From contig NC_067403.1 in the NCBI RefSeq assembly GCF_016432865.1, forward strand, positions 256,308,001 through 256,372,000: 64,000 nt of DNA. The letters run 5' to 3'. This document shows positions 53,598-64,000 of the stretch, one piece after another. Origin of the DNA: Antechinus flavipes. Lineage: Eukaryota. Made by a program: the position numbers and the translations under genes. The notes beneath the pieces are model-generated. The model had not been told where the DNA came from and did not search any database. It saw only the letters and a program-made list of their open reading frames with translations. Each line of letters starts with the position of its first letter. Positions within the stretch are counted from its first letter, which is position 1.

Positions 53598-54359
53598 TCT
53601 ATTAAGTGCTTTTTAAATTAATTTTTTTAATTTTAATTTTTTATTTAATTACATTTTTATATTTAAATTTTTTTTGCTACCTTTTAAGTTCTGAACTGTT
53701 TCCCTCCTTCCCTCCCCCTCTCACACTAGAAAAGGCCGTCATTTGACATAGATCTATGTACATATATAAATATACATGTATAAAATATATATTTCATGTA
53801 AATATGTAAAATCCCATTCGCCATATTTGTTTATCAGTTCTTTCTCCGGAGGGAACATGGACTTTCAAGACAGAGATCATGGAACTTAGCGATGATCGAG
53901 TCCCACCTCTTCTGTTTACAAGTGAAAAAGCTAAGGTCCAGAGCAGGACAGGGCCCTGCCAGAGGACATGGCGGGGCGGTTCCACAGCCTGGGCCCCTGC
54001 CCACCCGTCTGGGATTATCCCCTCAGGTGTGGACAGGAATCAGAAGAATCCAGTGAAAGCCAACGTCAGAAAGAACTTCCAACGAGAATCAAATCGGCAA
54101 TTTTAATGGCACCAGAAGGGCTTCGGGCCCAAGAGGGGCCATTGGATCTGGTCAAGAGAAAGAGCACAGGGAGCCCTGGGGAGCTTCAAGGCTTGAGAGC
54201 ACTTGGGAGGCGCTGCCTTCTATCGATCTGTGAGCCTCGGCTAGGCTGTCTCTTGCCTTCTCCTTCTGGGCCCCAAAGGGAACCCCAAGATTCCTGGGAG
54301 CAGAAGGGATGGGCACAGGCACTTTCCCTCCTGGTTTTTCGGCTGATATCGCCTCCATT

Positions 54360-54640
54360 CATTTTTTAAAATTAATTTTTTTTTTAATTTTCAAAACATA
54401 GGCTTGGATACTATTCAACATTCACCCTTGCAAAGCCTTGGGTTCCAAATTTTTTCTCTCCCTTCCCCCATCCCCTTCCTTGGGAACAAGTAATCCAATA
54501 TCTATTAAATATGTGCGATTCTTCTATACGTATTTCTTACGTATAAGAAATTTTCTTATGTGTGAAAAATCACATCAAAAAGGAAAAAAAAAAAGAACGA
54601 AAAGAAAAAAGCAAACAAATAACCACAAAAGGAGTGAAAG
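54360..54640 (-). mobile_element. L1 3' tail
   Basis: Poly(T) then reverse marsupial L1 3'UTR. Confidence 0.7.
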
Positions 54641-54863
54641 TGCTACGTTGGGATCCACACTGAGCGCCACCATCCTGGAGCTGGCCAAGGTGGCCGTCTT
54701 CTCCATTCTTTCTTTGCTAAAGCCAAAACAAACTTCAAGCCCTCCCTCCTCCTTCACCATCGTGGTGGGGTCCCGGGCTCTAGAGAAATCGTCCAATTTG
54801 CCCCGGAAGAATCAAGACTTGGTTTATCGTTTTGTAGCTTGTTGAGGTAAAAGTATATCGAGC

Positions 54864-54894
<31 letters not shown>

Positions 54895-55229
54895 AAAAGA
54901 AGATCCTGTTGTTGAGCATTTACTAACAAAGCCCCAGCCCCAGGTTGGGAAGACTTGGAGGAGGACTTCCAAGTCCAACCTCAGGATCAGGCTATGGTCT
55001 GTTAGGAAGCGAAAGGCAATGGCCCGGGGCAGTTTGGAAAGCTCCGAGAGCCGCTTATTAAAAGTGGGAAAGGAGACTGAGGGGAGGGGATGTTGGGGGA
55101 GGGAGAATGGGAGTGGACGGGGGTCCTGTTGACACACAAATACAAACACAGGCCTTCTGCCTCCCAGCCAGTCACCGCATGTCCCTCTGGGAAAGCAAAA
55201 GGTTTTGAACTCCCCGGGATGAAAGGTCC

Positions 55230-55460
55230 TAATGGATGATCTGCTTGGCCAATAAATCTGCCACACCTCACGTCGGGAGAAACTCCAAGTGCCCGGGGGA
55301 AACTGAGTCACAGAGGGGGAGCAGCCCAGATTGGGGAGTGAGTCACAGAGGCCTGAGAAGGCACAGACACACCTTCCCGAGGGGACCTCCTTTCCCTCCC
55401 GCTCCCCCCCAAGCCCAGGCCCTCTTGGCCTGGAATGGCAAAGCCTGCGGCCGACCCCGG
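55230..55460. promoter_or_regulatory. Candidate distal FOSL1 enhancer (AP-1 x2 + TEAD)
   Basis: TGAGTCA at 55304-55310 and 55339-55345 (both followed by cagag), GGAATG 55432-55437. Confidence 0.5.
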
Positions 55461-57099
55461 GGAGGAGCGGGTCCCAGGGATGCGCCCAGAACAGGCTCCC
55501 AGCCCCCGGATGCTTCTCTTTGCTCTGAGGGGGAGGGGGAGGGGAGCCGCGAGGTACCAGCTGGCAAGCCGGCCCCTGCCACAGATGGAGAAAGCCAGAC
55601 AGCTGGCCATTCAGCCGTTGCCCTCCCCCCGGGGCCCGGGCAGACAGGAAGCTTCTGACTCCAAAGAAAAGGATTTTGGGTTTGGAAGGGAGTCAGGGCT
55701 CTGAAAGAGGCATTCTTTGGCTGAAACGCTGCCCTCTCGCCTCCTGCCCCTGCTCCCCGGCCGGCCGGCGCTGACCACTGCTCGGGGAAGGGCTGCCGCT
55801 CCTGCTGGTGGCAAGCTTTTCCCCCTCACCACGGCCCCCAGGAGGCCATTCCCTGATTCCCTGGTCCCACCCTCCCCTCCCCCATCCCTCCCTCACTTCC
55901 CCTCCATGGGGGCCAGACCTTCTGCCTTTCGGGACAGCGACCTGAGCACCTAAGGCAGGACGTGTCCCCGCCACAAATGCTGAGGGGAGGAAGGGTCCGG
56001 ACGGGGAGAGCCCCCCCGGGAAGCCTCCGTGACCCCGAGTTACCCCCCCACTGTCCCTAGGATGGGACTCCATGAAATGGGGAGTTTCCCCCAGGATGAA
56101 TCACCCCCATGTGTCAGGTTGCCAGGGGCTGAGGCGCCTGCCGCCACTCCCTCCCCTCGCCGAGCCCGAGTCAGAGGCCTGAGCCAGGGAAATTCCCCAT
56201 TTGGGGGCTCTGAACCCCGTCCAAACCCATCGCTTTCCCTCGAGTCAGTCATTTCCTGTTTCCTATAGCGCATCCCTGGCGTCCCTCCCGCCGGGACCGT
56301 GGAGCCCTTAACGGTGGGGGGGCAGGGGACGGCGGGACCGGGTCCCCCTCTGAAGGAAGGAGCCGTCCCGGGGAGGAGACAGAGGCGCCCTCCTTCCATT
56401 TCGGGGATGCCTTTGCCCGGCATTCAAGGCCTTGCCCAGCGTGGTCCTGCCTCAGTTTCCAGGCCTCTCTGTGAGTCGCCCCTGTCTGTTCCTACCCCAG
56501 TGGGCTGCGCAGGACAGTTCTGGGATCCCTCCCCCAGGGGTTTGCCGGTGCTGTTCCATCTGCCTGGCACCCTCCCTCTCTCTGCACCCTCCGCCTGCCC
56601 AATCCTTCCCGTTCTTAGTGATTTGCTACAGAACGGGGTTAAGTCATATTTTACATGTGTGGGTCACCCTGCCATGGGGGAGGGGCTGGGGGGAAGGAGG
56701 GGAAAAGCTGGAACAAAAGGTTTGGCCGTTGTCAATGCTGCATATAACTGGTGAATAAAAAGCTATATTAAAAAAAAAAAAAAGGAAAAAAAAGAGAGTA
56801 CCAACAACAACAGAAAAAACTGGCTTAAGTGACTTGTTCGGGGATACAGCAAAGGTGTCTGAGGCTGGACTTGAACTCAGGTCCTCCTGACTCGGGGGTT
56901 GCCCATTGTACCCTCTAACTGTCCATTCCCCATTCCTTAAACCCCAGCTCGATGCCTCTTCCTCCAGGAAGCCCTTCTTGATTTCCACGAGAGACAATGA
57001 CCGCAAAGGTGCAGGGCCGCATGTGTGCAGAATCCCCTTGGCCTGTAACGTTGGAGACGGAGGTTCTCTGGTCTCGGGCACCTTAGGCTCTTAAGCCCC

Positions 57100-58520
57100 G
57101 AGAATAAGGATGAGTAAAGGAACTGGGGAAATCACCAGGGAAGGAGAAAGGGAGGAAGTGACTCAGCACCCAAGGTGCCCACTGTGCGCGAGGCACTTTC
57201 TAGGCATGATTTTACCGGGGCCTCAGCACAACCCTGGGAGGCGGGGCACTTGTGACCCTTGTTTTAAAGATGGGGAAACCGAGGCTGAGAGAAATCCAGG
57301 GACTTGCACAGGGTCACACGGGTGTAAGGCTCAGGGGCCCCGGGTGGCCTCGGACCCAGCTTTGCTCACTGATCCAGCGGTGACTTTGATTGAACCCCCT
57401 CCCCCCTTCGTGCAGGGAGCCCGCCTCGGGGGGCGCACACGGAGCGGCTGGGGGGCTCTGCCTTTACCCGGCCCCTGGGCCCACGCGGGTGACCTCGTTT
57501 CCCTGTCCCCACAGCCCTGGGAGAGCGCGCAGATAACCTTATCTCTGACGAGGAAACGGAGCCCTGGGAAGGCCGGGCCCTTCCCGGAATCCCACACCCA
57601 GCTCTGTCACCCACACCTTGACCTAGAAGTCCAAGACCTGAGCCCAGGGTTCCAGTCCTGCCCCTCCCTCGCTCTCCGTCCCCTCCCTCCCTGAGCCTCA
57701 GTCGAGATCAGGAAAAATGGGCGGAGGATGGTGGGAATCAAGATTTAGGGTTTCTCCCCACGGGGGATGACGGGCCGGGGAAACTGAGGCACCGGAGCGC
57801 GGCCGGCGGGCGGGAGCAGAGAGGGAGCCCGGGGGCTGGGGCCGCGGGAGGTCTGGGGGAGGGAGCGTCCCCGACCCCCCGAGCCCGGGAGCGCGGCGCC
57901 GCAGCCTCTGCGCCCCGCGGGGAGAAGTCCGCGAGCCCCCGAGCGCCCGTGACTCAGCGCGCTTCCACCTCCCGCCGCCGCCAAGTCAAGTCAAGCCTGT
58001 GGCATCTCCGCTCCCCGGCCGAGGCATTCCGATCCCGTGAGGCTCCGGGGCTGACTCAGCCTTCGCACGCACCGCTCGGCCCCGGGAAGCGGCCGCCAAA
58101 GACCCCTCCCCTCGCCCCCCCCCCCCCCCCGGAAAGGGGCGAGCCCGGCAGTCAGGGGCGGCAGCGGCGCCCCAGGAGCCTCGGGGACCGCGCTCGGCAC
58201 AAGTCCCCGTCCTTCCCTGGTGACCCGCCCCGCCCCCACCCCTCGTTTCCCCGGAGCCAACAACGGTCCAGAGCGTCCCGGGAGAAGCTCCCCGATCCCG
58301 CCCGGGGCGGGGGACGGACCCGTGGGAATCGGCGCCTCGTGCGCGCGCAGTTTCCACACGCCAAAGTGGCCCAGAGGAGGGCAAGTTCTGCAAGGGCAGG
58401 AGCGGGACCGAAAGGCCACGAACCGAAAACAGAACGGTTCGGAAGCTCGGGGGCACGAAGGGCGAATGCTTCTGCAGCCAGAGGCAGAGCGAAGCCGCCA
58501 TGAGCTTTGACAAAAGTCCA
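57100..58520. promoter_or_regulatory. Orphan CpG island with AP-1/MARE sites
   Basis: High CpG 57720-58500 with no recognisable CDS; GGAAGTGACTCAGCA 57154-57168, TGACTCAGC 57950-57958 and 58052-58060, CATTCC 58025-58030. Confidence 0.6.
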
Positions 58521-59062
58521 ACAAATGGAGCCCGTGGGGACCGACCCAAAGGTGGGTTTAAGAACCTCAAAAAGAAGGTTATTTCCCCCCCAAAAAAACC
58601 AAACTATTGATGTGAAAAAAAAAACCTTCAAAATCATAAATAACCTCCTACATCTCGGGACACCATTGTGGACGATGAATTCTGCCCCAAGGTAGCCAGG
58701 ATGTTAAAAGATGGATAAACTCGCTGTTGGAGCCCTTGGGGGGGGGGGGGGGGGGAAGAGGCAAATTAATTGATTGCTAGTGAAGCTGTGAATGGTCCAA
58801 CCGATCTGGGGGGAAATTGGAATTATGCAAGAAAAGTCACAAATGGTTCAGTTCCCATGATCCCGAAATCCCGGGACTGGGCTGTTTCCGAGAGGTAGAA
58901 AATCTCCTGGTAGGCCAAAGAGCATTATTGGGGATAGACAAGATAGTGTCCGACAATTAGCCCCCAGAGTCAGGAGGACCTGAGTTCAAATTTGACCTCG
59001 GGCCCTTCATACTTACTAGCTGTGTGACCCTGGGCAAGTCACTTAACCTCAATTGCCTCAGC

Positions 59063-59093
<31 letters not shown>

Positions 59094-59628
59094 GGATAGC
59101 TGCAGGAATTCCGGTCTCTGAGGTGAAGAAGTATTATTGCATTCTTTCAAGGCAATTCCAATAAAATGGATAGAAAACACCAGCTGCATCCAGAAGATTG
59201 AATGTAAACCAACACCCATGATCAGCCCCTTTTTTTGTTTTGTTTTTTTCTTTCGTGGCTTTTCCCTTTTGTTTTGATTTTTCTCTCCCAATAGGATTCA
59301 TAAAAAAAGTATATTTAAAAAGTGAATGTGTGTGTGTGTGTGTGTGTATAAGCAGAAAAAAATAAAACAATAAGTAAAAAAAGAAATCGAACTGTACTCT
59401 CGGGAATGATGAATTTGAAAAATCCAGAGGATCGTGTGGGGAAAAAAAAGGAAGTGATGGCAAGGCAAGAAAACAGTCACAACAGTGTCACCGGGGAAGA
59501 GCACGGCATTCAAGGCCGGGATCATTGTTAGTTTTTATCCCACCACCTGTTAGGGGACACACTGTTTTGGGTGGGCGACTGTATTAGGTAAAAGAGTACA
59601 GTGGGGTCTTCATTAGAAAGTATCTGTT

Positions 59629-60104
59629 AGACGACTGGCGAGACTGACCTGAACTGATGCTGAGTGAAATGAGCAGAAGCAGGAGATCATTATATATCTC
59701 AATAACGATACTGTTTGAGGATGGATTCTGATGGAAGTGGATCTCTTCGATAAAGAGAAGATCTAACTCAGTTTCAATGGATCAAGGATGGACAGAAGCA
59801 GCTACACCCAGAGAAAGAACACTGGGAAATGAATAGAAACTGCTTGCATTTTTGTTTTTCCTTCCGGGTTATTTCTACCTTCTGAATCCAATTCTCCCCG
59901 TGCAGCAAGAGAACTGTTCGGTTCTGCACACATAGATTGTCTCTAGGATATAGTGTAACCTATTTAACATGTAAAGGACTGCTTGCCATCTGGGGGAGGG
60001 GGTGGAGGGAGGGAGGGGAAAAATCAAAACAGAAGTGAGTGCAAGGGATAATGCTGTAAAAAATTACCCTGGCATGGGTTCTATCAATAAAAAATTATTT
60101 AAAA
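59629..60104 (+). mobile_element. Young 5'-truncated L1 with 12-bp TSD
   Basis: TSD aaagtatctgtt at 59617-59628 and 60105-60116; an older L1 tail lies at ~59130-59460. Confidence 0.9.
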
Positions 60105-61559
60105 AAAGTATCTGTTGTATCTAAATAAAATGTTGTCAACAAAATTAAAAGATAAATAAATTTAATAGGCGCAGTTAGAGCACCAGCCCTGGGGTCAAAA
60201 GGACCTTCATTCAAATCAAGCCTCAGACACTTAGCGGGCATTAGCTGTGTGACTCTGGGCAAGTCACTTAACCCAATCGCTTTTCAAAAACTGTTTTAAC
60301 AGTAATTAAGGAATTAAAAATAATTAATAAATAATTCAATAAATTTTTAAAATAAAAAAAAATGTTTTAGTGATTCCCCCAAAAGGACCCCAAAAATATG
60401 TACTTATTCCATTTCTGTAAGGACTTGTGGTTTATTATCATTGTCTGCAGTTGCAGAGACTGAGGCGAATGACTTGCTCAGGGTCACACAGCTATTCATG
60501 TCTGAGATTCAATTTGAACTTGGGTTTCCAGAGTCCAGGCCCAGGGCTCCATGGATGTGTACATTGAGGTGACCTGAAGCTTTAGCATTTGGAGAGACCC
60601 CCTGGATCCTTGGTCATAGTCTCCATACTGGCATTTAAAGGGGGTCTGTGTGTTTTGGTGAGAATCTTGGGGATCCATCATTAAATTACTGCACGATCTC
60701 CCCGAGGAAGGTCAGCCATACTCGCCCATTCAGTTCCGGGCCTGGTTCGGGCCTTTGCAGCAGCTGCCAAGATCTGGGCTGCCTGTCCAAGCCCACGTAG
60801 GCCAGACAATGAGTGGCTTTCATCCACTTGGTCCTTTCTGGGTAGCTAGCTAGTTACCGGGAATGGCCTTGAGGAGGCTTGGCCACGTGCGGGAGGTCAC
60901 GGCACGGAAGATGTCGTGGTTTAAAGGGAAGGGAGCCCCACCCCCCCCGTGGGGATTCTGGGGGGAACGGAGCAGACACCTCTCCCGGGGAGCAGCCCTT
61001 TCTCAGCATTCAGCACAGGACGACCGAACGAGACGGGACTCCGTGGCTGCACCTTTCCAGGACGCTCACCGGCATTCTCCCGTCCCTAGTAAGCCCAGAG
61101 GCGACTTTATCTCCCCCTGCACCTTCCAGAGGCTTAACTCGGGGCAACACGATTCCCCAACCTCCGGGTACAAAATGGGCTGAGGGAACGCTGTCTGCGT
61201 AAACAGAAGGTAAGCTCCTGGAGGGCAGGCTCTAGTCGCTGCTCTTTGCGTCCCCGGCACCCGGCACAGAGCCTTGTGGGGATCACTGGGAACGTATTAA
61301 CTGACCCTTGAAGAAAACCGAGCTTCCCCCTAAGAGGCGGCTGCTAGAGCACGGAAAGAGCCCCAGATCTGAAGTCAGGGACCCCGGCAGCTGAGCTACT
61401 TGATCTCTGTGTTTCGGTTTCCTCATCTGTAAAATGGGGATGCTAGTTGTGCTCCCTACTCGGCAGGGCCGTGGTGGGGATGAAATGAGAACAGATGGCA
61501 AGCTCTCCACAAACCACTAGGTGCCCACGGGCACCGAAAGGCGGCGAGCGAAGCCGTCA

Positions 61560-61760
61560 CAGGAACCGAGTCAGTCAACAAGCATTTATTCAGGGCTCAC
61601 TAGGCACCAGGCACTGGGCTAAGTGCTGTGGGTACAAAGGAAAGCAAAAAATCCCTTGCCTCGGGGGCGCACATTCTAATGGAAGAGACAACATGTTAAT
61701 AACTAGAGACACAAAATATGTACAGTGTGAGGAGAAGGAAGGCAGTGAAGGTGCCAGGGA
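61560..61760 (-). mobile_element. L2 3'-end fragment
   Basis: Minus strand cagcacttagcccagtgcctggtgcctagtgagccctgaataaatgcttgttgactga, a typical L2 terminus. Confidence 0.7.
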
Positions 61761-62680
61761 AGGCAGGAGGCCGAGCGGAAGAGAACGAGCGCTCCGGGCT
61801 GGGGGCCCGGCCCGGAGTCCGGAGATGGTACCGCCCGGGCAACTACAGCCAGGCCGTGCTACCCGGGTCATGGGGGTCCGGGGGGATAGTGTCAGAAGTC
61901 CGGGAAGGGAGGAAGGGAGCAGGCTGGGGAGGGCCGTCATGCCGGAGGGAGCAGTCAATCTGCTCCTGGAGGTGATGGGAGCCAGGGAGGCGAATGAAGC
62001 AGAAGCGCGTGGTCAAGCCTGAGGCTCCCCAATCTTGGTCCGAGGCTAGCCCTTCACTTCCTCAGTCCCAGAAGGCCTCCTGACACCATTGCTCGTCACA
62101 TCTGACCTGAGCAACTGACACCTAAATCTGTAAACCAGAGGACCGGGAGGGGAGGGGCTGCTTTGTTGAAGCAATGAGAGGAGTGGGAGAGGGGCCCGGG
62201 GAATTGCAATCAGAGCAGGGAGCAGCAGGCACCTTCTCCAGGCCCTTGCCGGTGGCCCAGTCCACGGTCAGGGCTACGATTCCCGGGATGCAACACTCCA
62301 CCAACTCTTGGGTGCCAGCCAGGGATGGGGGCGGAGCAGCTCTAAGCAGGGGAGGGAACCCAGCCGAGGCTCTGGGCCAGCAACCTGAGCTCCAGGAAGA
62401 GGGTCCCTTTCTCCCTCCATTAACTAGGTCACAAGGGGGAAGGGAGATGGGAATGGGCCACGGCCCCACCTCCTCTCCCTTGCAGAGTGGCAACTGTGCC
62501 CTTTCCCTTTCCTGAGGCCCGAGGAGGCTGGTCCCCAAAGGCCGGAAGGCGGGCAGCCCTTAAGGGGGTGGGGGCCGAGCAGAGGGCCAGGTCTCAGCCC
62601 CGAAGTCCATCCCCTGGAAGGCCGGCCAGAATGATTGTCTGCGCCCTCCCCACCCCCGGGTGTCTGGGCTCCCACCCCAG

Positions 62681-63706
<1,026 letters not shown>

Positions 63707-64000
63707 CTATGTCATGGTTGGCCGCTTTGTTAAGGACCGTTTTTGTTACTAATTATAGGTGAGGACTTAAAACCCCCTCGACCCCAACTTCTCAAAGGAG
63801 ATAAAGCCTCGTTCTAAGAGCACAAAACCCGGAGGGATCTAGGCAAAGGTCAGCAGCCTGGGAGTCCCGTCGGGGCCACCTTGGCCGAGGCGCCCCGTGG
63901 GTCGCACTTCGCCCCAACCCGTGGAAAAAAGGCTCCTCCTACTGGGCTCTTCCCGGGCTCCGCCTCCCCTCCCCCGCCGGAGGGGGCGCTCGCCGCCGCT

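Overview
Eukaryotic (marsupial, most likely dasyurid: devil/dunnart/antechinus-type L1 3' ends and WSINE1/MAR1-type SINEs) genomic window syntenic to human 11q13.1. Gene order: EFEMP2 (minus, 5' part only), a ~22 kb repeat-rich interval, CTSW (plus, complete), FIBP (minus, complete), CCDC85B (plus, single exon), FOSL1 (minus, complete), a ~13.5 kb enhancer-like interval, and C11orf68/BLES03 (minus, large coding exon; exon 1 not located). I walked the exon boundaries by hand; all use GT-AG sites and the five full or near-full models keep an open frame. The most interesting observation is in CTSW: the segment that in human cathepsin W is the family-defining ~21-aa insertion between the catalytic His and Asn is here an 80/83-nt intron. 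This suggests the eutherian insertion is a retained ancestral intron. Other highlights: ATC in place of the human BLES03 start Met, a shifted FIBP alternative donor, a poly-Gly-expanded CCDC85B with an overlapping uORF, conserved FOSL1 SRE and intron-1 enhancer plus upstream AP-1/TEAD clusters, several tandem repeats, and a nested BovB-like RTE/L1 stack. Comparisons with human sequences are from memory and need database confirmation. Repeat boundaries are approximate unless a TSD is given. Two N gaps: 7678-7830 and 26728-26859.
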